This document shows positions 20,750 to 31,949 of a stretch of DNA of 64,000 nucleotides, one piece after another. The notes below the pieces were generated by a model. It was given only the letters and a program-made list of their open reading frames with translations, had not been told where the DNA came from and did no database searches. A program made the translations under genes and the position numbers. Position 1 is the stretch's first letter; each line of letters opens with the position of its first letter. Source of the DNA: Nitrospirota bacterium (GTDB taxonomy: Bacteria; Nitrospirota; UBA9217); the NCBI GenBank assembly GCA_963741205.1, contig CAVUHW010000008.1:1-64000 (forward strand), given 5' to 3'.

Positions 20750-20839
20750 AAATATCCGCATGAACCGCGCGTATTCCGACATTTCGCGGAGGGCTGACAA
20801 TAAGCCGTTCGCGGACAAGGTACTATCAAGGAGGGCAAC

Positions 20840-21649
20840 ATGAAAGCAGCACGTGATTTAGCGCGTCCAGGGAAGTCCGTGAGACAACCGCTGGCCTATT
20901 CGCGCACCTCGCCAACCACGAAAACTCAGGAGTTGCCGCGTCCGGCATTCCAACACCCCTCCAGGATGCAATCTCCGGCCGCTGCCGAGCTGCGGGAAAT
21001 TGGTTTGGTGCTGCACCAAATTCTCGCCCTGGCGGACATGATGCGGGAGGCCTACGGGAACGGGGAAATGGTGAGTCTCCGGCATCGTCTTTCCCTCTTG
21101 ATGTTAAAAACAGCGATTCTTGAGTCTGCCCTTTCCACTATCACCGAGCCGTCAGCGCCGGAAGCAGCACCAGCGGATACAACCTGCGAGAGCTTCGATA
21201 TAGTTGCGCTCCTCCATGAGGCGTCCGAAGCCGCACGTTCGGCCCTCGGGGACAAGCCGGTCACCGTCATGGACGTTTCCTGCCCAAATCCCGTCATCAT
21301 CCATTCCGATCCGGCAAAGATAAAGCGGATCATGACGTGTCTTTTGAGCAATGCGGCAAAGTTTACCGCCCGGGGAAGGATCTCGCTGATCCTCGGCAGG
21401 GATGACGATAAAATCAGGATTACCATTGCCGACACCGGCAGGGGGATGGAGCCGGAAGAGATCCGCGCCGCGCTTAAGCCGGCCGGCCGCAAATACGACG
21501 GCGTAAGGAACGGACCGGCGGCAGCCGGCCAGGGATTCAGGATCGTCAAAGAACTTGTTAGCAAGCTCAACGGCAGTATTTCCATTGCAAGTAAACAAGG
21601 CGAGGGCACGATCGTCGAGGTCTCTTTGCCGCTTGAACCTTTGCAATGA
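20840..21649 (+). CDS. degenerate histidine-kinase-like ATPase protein
   Basis: HATPase N box 'LLSNAAKFT' and DTGRG; H box and G2 box degenerate. Confidence 0.75.
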   Translation: MKAARDLARPGKSVRQPLAYSRTSPTTKTQELPRPAFQHPSRMQSPAAAELREIGLVLHQILALADMMREAYGNGEMVSLRHRLSLLMLKTAILESALSTITEPSAPEAAPADTTCESFDIVALLHEASEAARSALGDKPVTVMDVSCPNPVIIHSDPAKIKRIMTCLLSNAAKFTARGRISLILGRDDDKIRITIADTGRGMEPEEIRAALKPAGRKYDGVRNGPAAAGQGFRIVKELVSKLNGSISIASKQGEGTIVEVSLPLEPLQ

Positions 21650-21682
21650 AATAGCACTTCTCCTAATGTCTTGATCTAATCA

Positions 21683-21754
21683 GGTAGCCGCAAACTTCAG
21701 TTTGCGCGTTTCGTTGGCGCGTTCTAGGCGCCCCGACAGGTCGGGGCGGCTACC
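21683..21754. repeat. GTAG-type REP doublet, copy 2
   Basis: GGTAGCCGCAAACTTCAGTTTGCG...CGCCCCGACAGGTCGGGGCGGCTACC. Confidence 0.8.
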
Positions 21755-21811
21755 AAAACGGGAAATCGACCAGAGATTCCCGTCCTGTTCTTTTTGAACG
21801 TCCCTCCGGTC

Positions 21812-21864
21812 GTAACCAATTTTAATGCTTCCGTCATTCTCCTGTAACAATAATCGGATAGAGT
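21812..21864 (+). promoter_or_regulatory. Pho-box array promoter 6 (hybrid kinase)
   Basis: GTAAC 21812, TTAAT 21822, GTCAT 21833, GTAAC 21844; -10 TAGAGT 21859. Confidence 0.8.
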
Positions 21865-21906
21865 ACAAGACGCTAATTTCACGACAAAGGTCAGGACACG
21901 AGCTTA

Positions 21907-22998
21907 ATGAAAAAACAGATTCTTATCGTTGAAGATGAATATGACTGCGCGGAACTCCTCCGTTACAACCTCCAGAAAGAAAACTACGAAACAGTAATCG
22001 CGCGCAGCGGGGAAGAGGCCATCAGCGCCGCGCAGCTCCATACGCCTGCCGTGGTCCTCCTGGATATCATGCTGCCGGAGCTGAACGGCTGGGAAGTGTG
22101 TCGCATCCTCCGGGAGAGCTCCAAGGGAAAGTCCCTGCCGATCATCATGCTTACGGCATTGTCGGACGAAGAGGCCCGCATCAAAGGCTTAAGCCTCGGG
22201 GCCGACGATTATCTGTCGAAACCCTATTCCCTGAAAGAACTGCTGCTGAAGGTGCGAAAACTCATCGATAAGGAGCAGACGATCAACCAGCTCAAGTCCC
22301 GCGAGCAGGAGCAGGACACGGCCCTGCGCTACATGGTCCATGAACTCAAAAATTCCCTGAGCACGATCGGCGGTTTTTCTTCCGTTGCCCTTCGAAAGGA
22401 CCATGCGAATAAATACCTGAAGACCATCAATATTGCCGCAGTCCACGCCGAAAGCCTGCTGAACGACGCATCGCTTCTCTCCCGTCTTGAAAAGGGGGGG
22501 GAGTGGCTGTCCCGGGAGAAGGTCGATATCAATGCGCTGGTCGAGGAAACAATCGATTTTTTCCATGATACGGCGAAACAATCCAATATTGAAATCATCG
22601 CGGTAAACAGCACGACGTCTGCGGTCCAGGGCAACAGCATAGCGGTGAGACAAGTGCTGATCAACCTCGTTTCAAACGCGGTGAAATATAATCGCGCCGG
22701 CGGAAAGGTCTGGGTATCGTTCGATGACAGGAACGGATGGGTGGATATTTCAATAACGGATGAAGGTCAAGGAATGCCGCCCGCCGAACTTGTCCGTATT
22801 TTCGAAAAGTTCTATCGCGCCGCCGGAAGCGAAAGGCAGAAGGGGGCGGGACTCGGGCTCTACATCGTAAAACAACTTACAGAAGCCATGGGCGGAAAGG
22901 TCATGGTCGCCAGCCAGCCCGGGACGGGCAGCACCTTCACGGTATCATTCCCAAAGACGGACGCTGTTGCGGCGTGCCCCGGTCAGGACGTGGCATGA
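21907..22998 (+). CDS. cytoplasmic hybrid REC-histidine kinase with PhoB-like receiver
   Basis: REC (LLDIMLP, GADDYLSKP), HELKNSL, NAVKY, DEGQG, GAGLGL. Confidence 0.92.
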   Translation: MKKQILIVEDEYDCAELLRYNLQKENYETVIARSGEEAISAAQLHTPAVVLLDIMLPELNGWEVCRILRESSKGKSLPIIMLTALSDEEARIKGLSLGADDYLSKPYSLKELLLKVRKLIDKEQTINQLKSREQEQDTALRYMVHELKNSLSTIGGFSSVALRKDHANKYLKTINIAAVHAESLLNDASLLSRLEKGGEWLSREKVDINALVEETIDFFHDTAKQSNIEIIAVNSTTSAVQGNSIAVRQVLINLVSNAVKYNRAGGKVWVSFDDRNGWVDISITDEGQGMPPAELVRIFEKFYRAAGSERQKGAGLGLYIVKQLTEAMGGKVMVASQPGTGSTFTVSFPKTDAVAACPGQDVA

Positions 22999-23063
22999 CA
23001 GGACCGCGGTATGATTTTTTGATGAACAATAATGGAAATAAGGAGGTGAAAGTCGAATAATAT

Positions 23064-23117
23064 TTAACAGAAACTTAATAAACTTGTAACAATTCTGTAA
23101 TAATTCTATGGTATAAC
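23064..23117 (+). promoter_or_regulatory. Pho-box array promoter 7 (three-helix protein, pst operon)
   Basis: TTAAC 23064, TTAAT 23075, GTAAC 23086, GTAAT 23097; -10 TATAAC 23112. Confidence 0.88.
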
Positions 23118-23142
23118 ATATCGTCCTTTTCAGGAGGAAACC

Positions 23143-23400
23143 ATGTCGAACGAGTTACGACAAGAATCGAGCAGGCAATCGTTTGACAACGACAGTGACC
23201 AGCATATTCGCGCTATAGACAAACTTGTCCGCGAGCTCGGGGTTCCCGCCGAAGAGGTCACCAGGTCCTACCGGGAGATTCTGGACGAACTCAGGAAAGA
23301 CGCCAGGGTGAAGGTGTTCCTGCCCGTGCTCGTAAGCCGCAGCGTCAGGGAACGCTTTGGGCAGAAGCGGGCCTCATCGTTGAACGGCCACCGCCAATAA
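23143..23400 (+). CDS. three-helix-bundle small protein (DUF3562-like), copy 2
   Basis: 'AIDKLVRELGVPAEEVTRSYREILDELRKDARVKVFLPVLVS'; clear paralogue of 17376-17627. Confidence 0.75.
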   Translation: MSNELRQESSRQSFDNDSDQHIRAIDKLVRELGVPAEEVTRSYREILDELRKDARVKVFLPVLVSRSVRERFGQKRASSLNGHRQ

Positions 23401-23555
23401 CGCGGCATCATGGGCCTCACAGGCGCTCAAACCATATGGGTCCCCATCGTTGAAGAGAAGCCCGACTTCGTGGACTTCGTTTCCTGTAATCTCAGGCATG
23501 AAGGGTTCAACATTTCAACATACCGTCAATATTTTTAAAAAGGAGGATACACATA

Positions 23556-24564
23556 GTGAAAAAAATCGCAGCACTTGCATTAACCGCAGTACTAGCCCTG
23601 GGGTCGGCGGCGTTCGCCGAGGAAATGTTGAATGGCGCGGGCGCCACGTTCCCCTATCCCGTATATTCCGCATGGGCGCAATGAATACAACAAGGTAACG
23701 GGCATGAAGCTGAATTACCAGTCCATCGGTTCAGGCGGCGGGATCAAACAGATAACGGAACGGACCGTCGACTTCGGCGCGTCGGACAAGCCGCTCAAGC
23801 CGGAAGAGCTCGCCAAGGACAACCTGCTCCAGTTCCCGGCGGTGATCGGTGGTGTGGTGCCGGTCGTAAATATTGCCGGCATCAAAGCAGGTCAGCTCAA
23901 GCTCGATTCGGAAGCAGTTTGCAAGATCTATATGGGCGAGATCAAAAACTGGAACGACCCGAAGCTCAAGGAACTGAACCCCGGGGTGAATCTTCCCACA
24001 AGCGAGATCACCGTGGTCCATCGCTCGGACGGGTCCGGCACGACTGCCATCTTTACGGACTATCTTTCCGATGTCTGCCCCGCCTGGAAGGAGAAAGTCG
24101 GAAGCGGCACTTCGGTGAGCTGGCCCGTCGGTATCGGCGGGAAAGGGAATGAGGGCGTGGCCAACTACGTTCAGCAGCAGGCGAACTCCATCGGGTACGT
24201 GGAATTTGCCTATGCCAAGCAGAACAACCTCACCCACACGATGCTCAAGAACCACGCCGGCACTTTCGTAGAGCCGAGCTTTGAAACCTTCGAGGACGCG
24301 GCCGCAACAGCCAGCTTCGACCCCAAGAAGGATTTCTATCTCTGGCTCAATGATGCTCCGGGCAAAAAATCATGGCCCATTGCCGGCGCCACGTTCATTC
24401 TCCTTGCCAAGGAGAAAAAAGACTCGAATATGAAGGTGGTCAAGTTCTACGACTGGGCGTTCAAGAACGGGGATGCCAAGGCGAAGGAGCTCATCTACGT
24501 GCCGCTTCCGAAGGCGCTCAAATCCAAAATAGAAGGCTACTGGAAGGCGAACGGCATCCAGTAA
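23556..24564 (+). CDS. pstS: phosphate ABC transporter substrate-binding protein (indel near 23680)
   Basis: GTG start after SD, signal peptide, GAGATFPYP, GSGGG, DFGASD, RSDGSGTT. Confidence 0.95.
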
Positions 24565-24661
24565 ACAGCTTGCAAAGCGGCTAAGCGTGTTATAATATAC
24601 GGGTCAGGTATAGAGATATCTATGATACCTGGCCCGTTTCAATTTCAGTCCTATCCGATAA

Positions 24662-25624
24662 TTGAGCAGAAAGGTCCGCTCATTGGCCATATCTCCCAGA
24701 AAAAATATCGCTGAAGTTTTCTTTTTTTCCCTTACCGCAATTGCGTCCCTGTCCGTCATCGTTTTCATCATCGGCATCATCGTCGTGCTTGTCAAGGAGT
24801 CCTCGCTTGCAATAGGGAAATTCGGGCTGTTCAATTTTCTTTTCTCGACGGCCTGGAACCCCGTGACGGGCATCTTCGGCGCGGCAACCACCATTTACGG
24901 CACCTTCGTTACGACCGCCCTCGCCCTGCTTTTCGCCATACCGACCGCCCTGGGCATCGCGGTCTTCGTTACTGAAATCGCTCCGAATTTTCTGAAAGGC
25001 CCCATCGGCGTGGCAATCGAGCTATTGGCCGCCATCCCGAGCATAATCTACGGCATGTGGGGACTGTTCACCCTCGCTCCCATCATGTCGAAATATATCG
25101 AACCGGCTCTCCAGGGAACAATCGGGAAACTGCCCCTGGTCGGCATCCTGTTCAAGGGCAATCCCATGGGTATCGACCTCCTGACAGCGAGCGTCATCCT
25201 CGCCATCATGATCATCCCCTTTACGGCGAGCATCGCCCGCGATTCCTTTAATCTGACCCCGGCCGTGGTCAAGGAATCGGCCTATGCCATTGGAGCGACG
25301 AAGTGGGAAGTGGTCAAGAACGTGGTGCTCCCCTATTCAAAACTGGGCGTGTTCGGGGGGGTTGCGCTTTCCCTGGGAAGGGCGCTGGGCGAGACCATGG
25401 CGGTCGCCTTCGTGCTCGGGAACAACCACAAGATCGCCACCTCGCTCCTCGACGCCGCGTCTACGATCACGGTGAGCCTCGCGAACGAATTTACGGAAGC
25501 GGACAGCGACCTGTATCTTTCTTCTCTCTTCTACCTGGCGCTGGTCCTGTTCGTGATGAGTTTCATCATCCTGGCGATAGCGAAGTATTTCCTTCTGAAG
25601 GCGGAGAGGAAATATTCGAGGTGA
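24662..25624 (+). CDS. pstC: phosphate ABC transporter permease
   Basis: ELLAAIPSIIYGMWG, GRALGETMAV. Confidence 0.95.
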   Translation: MSRKVRSLAISPRKNIAEVFFFSLTAIASLSVIVFIIGIIVVLVKESSLAIGKFGLFNFLFSTAWNPVTGIFGAATTIYGTFVTTALALLFAIPTALGIAVFVTEIAPNFLKGPIGVAIELLAAIPSIIYGMWGLFTLAPIMSKYIEPALQGTIGKLPLVGILFKGNPMGIDLLTASVILAIMIIPFTASIARDSFNLTPAVVKESAYAIGATKWEVVKNVVLPYSKLGVFGGVALSLGRALGETMAVAFVLGNNHKIATSLLDAASTITVSLANEFTEADSDLYLSSLFYLALVLFVMSFIILAIAKYFLLKAERKYSR

Positions 25625-25685
25625 GATTCAAAAAATATATTTACCGCAGAGGACGCGGAGAAAATCAAGATTATACAGAATTATT

Positions 25686-25758
25686 CGTCATCCTGGAAAG
25701 CAGGAATCCAGAGTCTTATTGAAAAGCCACTGGATTCCGGGTCAAGCCCGGAATGACG
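25686..25758. repeat. RPE/dRS3-like palindromic repeat (GTCAT...GGAATCCA type)
   Basis: GTCATCCTGGAAAGCAGGAATCCAG...CTGGATTCCGGGTCAAGCCCGGAATGAC. Confidence 0.75.
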
Positions 25759-25781
25759 GCGTAAGACGCCAATAACTTTCC

Positions 25782-26620
25782 ATGACCCACGAACAAAAAC
25801 GAAAAATCGAAAGCTTCATCGCGCTGAGCCTGAGCGGCTGTGCCGCCGCAGTCGGTCTTTTCTGGCTTGTCTACATCTTGTCCGACGTCCTCATCCACGG
25901 CCTGGGCGCACTGAATATCAGCCTCTTTTTCAACGACCCCGCGCCCGCCGGCGTTGAAGGCGGGGGCCTGAGGAACGCCTTCGTCGGGCAATTGATGATC
26001 ACCCTGGCCGCAACGTTGATCGGCGTGCCCGTGGGCGTTCTCGGGGGAACCTTCCTGGCCGAGTATGCACGGGGAAAAAAGATCGCGCGGACCATCAGCA
26101 TCATTTCCGACATCATGGTCAGCGTCCCGTCCATCGTCATCGGCGCCTTCGTCTACGCGCTTCTCGTCCGGCCGCTCCATCATTTCAGCGGCTGGGCCGG
26201 GGCGTTCGCGCTTTCGATCATCATGATCCCGGTGGTCCTCCGGACGACGGAGGACATGCTGTCCCTCGTGCCCTGGACGCTCCGGGAAGCGGCCTTTGCG
26301 CTCGGGGCGCCCCGTTACAAGGTGATCATCCAGATCGTGTACCGGGGGGCGGCCACGGGTATCCTGACCGGCGTTCTCCTGTCCATCGCCCGAGTGGCGG
26401 GCGAGACGGCGCCGCTCCTTTTCACGTCGTTCAACAACAATTTTTTCTCCACGGACATGAACAGGCCTATCGCGTCGCTGACGGTCACGATCTTTCAGTA
26501 CGCCATGGGGCCCTATAAAAGCTGGCATTCCCAGGCGTGGGGCGCCGCCCTCGTCATAACGCTTTTCATACTCATGCTCACCATCGCCGGGAGGCTCATC
26601 TTAAAGTGGAGGTATAAACG

Positions 26621-26624
<4 letters not shown>
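25782..26624 (+). CDS. pstA: phosphate ABC transporter permease
   Basis: [27 protein letters not shown]. Confidence 0.95.
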
Positions 26625-27387
<763 letters not shown>

Positions 27388-27424
27388 TCCGATTGCGGAA
27401 TGCGAAATAAAGTCTACTGTAACC

Positions 27425-27504
27425 TGTCATACCTGCGAAAGCAGGTATCCATTGGTTTCTATCAAATAAACTTCAAACTGGATTCCGCTTTCGCGGGAAT
27501 GACA
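27425..27504. repeat. RPE/dRS3-like palindromic repeat
   Basis: GTCATACCTGCGAAAGCAGGTATCCA...TGGATTCCGCTTTCGCGGGAATGAC. Confidence 0.78.
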
Positions 27505-27555
27505 AAATAGATTCGTCGGAGTATCGCAATCCGAAATTGACATAAGGAGATTCTC

Positions 27556-28245
27556 ATGACCCTACAGAAAGAAAGAGATATTGAGGCGCTCAAGGAACGG
27601 GTGCTCAAAATGGGGGGCTTTGTCGAAGATTCGATAAGGAAGTCCGTCACGGCCCTGGTCGAGCGGGACCGGAACCTGGCTATTGCGGTCATCGACGGCG
27701 ATGCCATTGTCAACAATTTCGACGTCGAGATCGAGGAAGAGTGCATCCGCTTTCTCGCCATCTGGCAACCGACGGGCAGCAATCTCCGTTTCATCACGAC
27801 CGCCATCAAGATCATCACCGATCTTGAACGGATGGGCGACCTGGCCGTCGACATATGCGAGCGCGCGATCGAGCTCAACGACGAGCCGCCGCTCAAGCCC
27901 TATATCGACATCCCGAGAATGGCAGAGGCGGCCCAGAAAATGCTCAAGGACAGCCTGGATGCATTCGTCGCCAGGGACTCTGATCTGGCCCTGAGCGTGT
28001 GCGCCGCGGACGATTATGTCGACAACCTGAACCATCAGATATTCAACGAACTGCTTGTCTATATGCTGAAGGACCCTAAGAACATCTCGCGAGCCGTGCG
28101 CCTCACCTACATTACGAAGTATCTGGAGCGCATCGCGGATCATGCCACCAACATCGCCGAAATGGTCGTGTATATGGTCAAAGGGAAGGTCATTCGTCAT
28201 ACGGCATGCGAGGCGCGGGGCGGGGAAGGCGGGACGTCGGGATGA
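27556..28245 (+). CDS. phoU: phosphate signalling complex protein PhoU
   Basis: Two PhoU repeats: DLERMGDLA and LERIADHATNIAE. Confidence 0.96.
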   Translation: MTLQKERDIEALKERVLKMGGFVEDSIRKSVTALVERDRNLAIAVIDGDAIVNNFDVEIEEECIRFLAIWQPTGSNLRFITTAIKIITDLERMGDLAVDICERAIELNDEPPLKPYIDIPRMAEAAQKMLKDSLDAFVARDSDLALSVCAADDYVDNLNHQIFNELLVYMLKDPKNISRAVRLTYITKYLERIADHATNIAEMVVYMVKGKVIRHTACEARGGEGGTSG

Positions 28246-28391
28246 GCTTTAATTGCCGCGAGGAAGAGCAGCCGAAAACGCTGTGTAAGGAAAATCGAAG
28301 CTAAAAGTCATGGAATCCCTGATTGTCTTTTGAATACTTCTATCATATGCTGGATATGAGGCTTGAATAAAGTTCGCGAGGTGCTGAATAC

Positions 28392-29491
28392 ATGCGCGAC
28401 CAGGGAAAGAATACGTTGCTCGTCGTCGATGACGACCCTTATGTTCTTGAATACGTTACAATACTATTGAAAGAGTTCGGCTATGCCGTCTACGGTTGTC
28501 GGAATGCCTGCGACGCCATGAACTTGCTAAAAGAGATCCCTATCGATGCGGTATTGACCGATATCAATATGCCGCAGGTCGGCGGCATCGAACTCCTGCG
28601 CGACATCCGCTCTTTTAATCAGCAGATTCCCGTGATCCTGATGACCGCTTTTGCGGAACTGGACGTCGCTGTCGACGCAATCAAGCAGGGCGCTTTTGAT
28701 TTAATTACAAAACCGTTTAAGCCCGATTATCTCTTGCACGCCGTGGAAAAGGCCTTACAATTCGTCAGGTTTACCCAGATGGAAAAAAAATATAAGGCCA
28801 TGCTTGAAGACATGGTTAAGAAGCGTACTCATGAGTTGGCTGACGCCCTGACGGCGGTGAGAAACATGAGCAGCGAACTCATCCGGCGTCTAACGAACGT
28901 GGCTGAATATCGCGACACGGACACGGGCGCTCACATCGGAAGGATCGGCCTGTACTCAAACAAAATTGCTGAAGCGCTGGACATGTCCGCCGATTTCGTT
29001 GAAACCATAACATTCGCAAGCCCCATGCACGACCTCGGCAACATCGGGATACCGGACAGCATTCTCCGGAAGCCCGGGGCCCTCACGCCGCGAAGAATTT
29101 GAAATCATGAAAAATCATACCTCGATCGGCGAAAAAATGCTTACCGGTTCTTCCTTTCCCGGCATTCAACTGGCCGCCTCCGTAGCGTTGAACCACCATG
29201 AACGATGGGACGGCAAGGGATACCCGAGCAGGACTCAAACACGATGAGATTCCGATTGAGGGCAGGATCGTCATGATCGCGGACAAGTACGATGCCCTTC
29301 GGTCCGAGCGGCCTTAAAAACCGGGATTTGACCATGCACAGGCATGCAAGATAATTACGGAGGGCAACGGAAGAACGATGTCTGAGCACTTTGATCCCAT
29401 GGTTTTACGGGCATTTAAAGAGATCGCTCCCACCTTTGATGAAATTTTCACGACTTTCCCGGATTCACATCCTCCCAAGATAATTTTTTAA
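28392..29491 (+). CDS. REC + HD-GYP c-di-GMP phosphodiesterase (RpfG-like; several indels)
   Basis: REC, '[11 protein letters not shown]', MHDLG, then [11 protein letters not shown] and HFDP in shifted frames. Confidence 0.88.
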
Positions 29492-30591
29492 ATGTTGTCT
29501 ACGGCTCTCTTGAGAGTGTCCGTCCCCGTGGGGAGTTCAATCGTAAAGACCGCCCCTCCGCCCTCGGCGTTCTCAAACCGGATAGAGCCGCCGTGCTCAG
29601 TGATGATTCCGTGGGAGATAGAGAGGCCCAGTCCCGTGCCGATGCCCACCGGTTTTGTGGTAAAGAAGGGGTCGAAGATCTTTGCCGAGATCCCCGGTGA
29701 GATCCCGGGTCCATTGTCGATCACCTGGATCCGGAAGCTCCGGCTCGCCCTGTCGGACCGCGTGACAAAACGAATCTTCCCGTCGGCGCGGCCCGCGTCG
29801 GCGATCGCCTGCTCCGCGTTCATGAGCAGGTTCAGGACGACCTGCTGTATCTGCTGCGCGTCCACAAAGACCGTCGCAGATGGGTCGTACTCCCGCTCGA
29901 TCCGAATGGAGTGCATCCTGAGCCAGTAGATCCGAAGATCGATGGCCCGGTCGATGAGGTCATTGATGGATTCCAGACTCCTCGCAGGCGTTCGCTGGCG
30001 CGAGAAGGTCAGGAGGTTGTCGACGATCTTCTTGCACCGCTCGGCGCTGACCAGAATCTTTTTGAGCTCGGTCTTGACGCCTTCATCGCCGACTTTCATG
30101 GAGAGCAGCTCGGTGTACGCGATGGTGCCGGTCAGCGGATTGTTGAGCTCGTGAGCCACTCCCGAAACCAGAAGCCCGATGGACGCGAGCTTCTCCGAAT
30201 GATAGAGCTGGTCCTTCAACCACTTTACCTCGGTGATGTCCTTCATCACGTGGATAGTGAGTGTGCGGTCTTCTTCCCGCAGCGGAAATATGCTGATCTG
30301 ATACATGTTATCGCCGATCTTTTTTTCGTAGGTGCTCGGCGTGCCGCTTGCCAGGACCTTCCCGAGCGCCTCGCCGTCGGCGGCGTCAAGCTTAAAGACC
30401 TCGGCGATTTTGTGTCCGACGATGTCCCGCGGGTGCATCCCGAGCGTCGACGCAAATGAGCTGTTCACCTTCACGAGCGTCAGCTCCGGGTCCAGGACGA
30501 AGAGGTAATCCGTGATGGCGTCGATGATCGACACCCAGTCCTTCTGGCTGCGCTTGACCTCTTCCGCGTTTTTGAGAATATTAGATTCCAT
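29488..30591 (-). CDS. PAS-domain NtrB-type histidine kinase (true start may be near 30649)
   Basis: PAS, SEKLASIG, AHELNNPL, DNGPG, FDPFFTTK, GTGLGL. Confidence 0.9.
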   Translation of the reverse strand: MESNILKNAEEVKRSQKDWVSIIDAITDYLFVLDPELTLVKVNSSFASTLGMHPRDIVGHKIAEVFKLDAADGEALGKVLASGTPSTYEKKIGDNMYQISIFPLREEDRTLTIHVMKDITEVKWLKDQLYHSEKLASIGLLVSGVAHELNNPLTGTIAYTELLSMKVGDEGVKTELKKILVSAERCKKIVDNLLTFSRQRTPARSLESINDLIDRAIDLRIYWLRMHSIRIEREYDPSATVFVDAQQIQQVVLNLLMNAEQAIADAGRADGKIRFVTRSDRASRSFRIQVIDNGPGISPGISAKIFDPFFTTKPVGIGTGLGLSISHGIITEHGGSIRFENAEGGGAVFTIELPTGTDTLKRAVDNI

Positions 30592-30697
30592 CTTTTTGGG
30601 AGACGAAAACGAGCTCCACCCTCCAGTTGCGCGCCCTGCAAACGTCCATGGTGATGAAGGATAAGCTCCCCTTCCTTCGGAAAAACTGCAGTGGTTT

Positions 30698-30726
30698 ATT
30701 ATATTACCCCCGATCATGGGATGCAA
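30698..30726 (-). promoter_or_regulatory. sigma-70 promoter for the PAS kinase
   Basis: Minus strand TTGCAT-N17-TATAAT. Confidence 0.6.
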
Positions 30727-30779
30727 GTTGATTTCCGCTGTTTCTTCGAGCGTGAGCTTGCCGGGCCACGAGCGGGTCG

Positions 30780-31382
30780 TCATCGACGATTAATATCGTG
30801 CCTTTTTGCATACCCGTTAACCAGCCTTTCCGTCAACAGCTCCGTCTCCCGGTCCGGGAGCACCTTCATGGTCTTCAGCTTCTCGATGCGTTTCAGCCAG
30901 CTCGTGGTCGCCTCCGGGTTGCCGCTCGCCGCGATGTTTTTGAGCAGTTCCCTATCGCGGTACGTTTCCCGCAAGCACTTACTCAGTTCCCTGTTGTCGG
31001 CGATGAGTCGCGCCCGCTGCCACGCTCGATCCGCGAGGATCGAGATCTCCTGGACCTTGAACGGCTTGGTCAGGTAATCGTAAGCGCCTTCTTTGATCGC
31101 CTCCAGCGTCGTGTCGAGGGTCCCGTGCGCCGTGAGAATGACGACCGCTATGTCGGGGTTGCTGCGGACCGAGTATTTGAGCACCTCAAGGCCGTCGGCG
31201 CCGGGCATCATGAGGTCGGTGAAGACGAGATGCATTTCTTCGATCCGGAGCCGGCGGACCGCCTCAAGGCCGTCGCTGACCGTCGTTACGGCATATCCTT
31301 CCCGGGCAAGGAGTGTCGAAATGACATCGCGCACGATGTCGTCGTCATCAGCAACGAGTATCTTGAAGCCTTTCTTGTCCAT
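30780..31382 (-). CDS. response regulator (REC + short helical tail)
   Basis: ILVADDD, TDLMMPG, TAHG, DYLTKPF. Confidence 0.9.
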   Translation of the reverse strand: MDKKGFKILVADDDDIVRDVISTLLAREGYAVTTVSDGLEAVRRLRIEEMHLVFTDLMMPGADGLEVLKYSVRSNPDIAVVILTAHGTLDTTLEAIKEGAYDYLTKPFKVQEISILADRAWQRARLIADNRELSKCLRETYRDRELLKNIAASGNPEATTSWLKRIEKLKTMKVLPDRETELLTERLVNGYAKRHDINRR

Positions 31383-31565
31383 GATCCATCAACCGCCCTT
31401 CATTATGTATTGCGAATCCGCTCCAGTACATACTCCTGCTCTGATAGCGCCGAATGGTCGGACCTTTGCCCAGTCTCATCGGACGATTCCCTGGGAACTT
31501 TAGGAGAAAAGGGCGTCGCAAAACAGACCGTGGTTCGGGGTAAAATTGCGCCATTCCAGAGCAGT

Positions 31566-31592
31566 TCAAGTTTTTTTCGGCTTTGCCGATAA
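31566..31592 (+). promoter_or_regulatory. orphan sigma-28 promoter
   Basis: TCAA-N15-GCCGATAA; first recognisable gene downstream is the FlhB-like ORF ~500 bp away. Confidence 0.7.
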
Positions 31593-31949
31593 GACGTGCA
31601 AAGGCGCAGAGATCAGGGCCAGCGTCTCTAAAATAGCCTAGCGCCAAATCCTGTCAATGACCAGGAACCGCCCACGCTCCCTCGTTCCGTCGCGGAACCT
31701 GCAGAGCCTTCTGAGTTCCGTGAGTCCTTTTTCTTCCACCGCCAAGGAGGGTTTTCATGCTTGTGATATAATAATGTGCTGGAGCGTGCAGACGAGACCG
31801 AAACAAGCCGCGATACTCCGCGTTTATCCGGTTTTATTCGGAGAATGCCATTATTTCGCTGTGATTTTTTTGCTTTCTGTGGCAAACTGCCGCTTTTAGG
31901 ATTAATGGTCTCAAAATAGTATCTACATAAATTCGAATACCAAAAAGTT

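Noticed and set aside
23400-23555. An eighth Pho-box array directly upstream of pstS
   Set aside because: CTTCGT/GTAAT motifs are not in 11-bp phase and no -10 follows; pstS is better explained by promoter 7.
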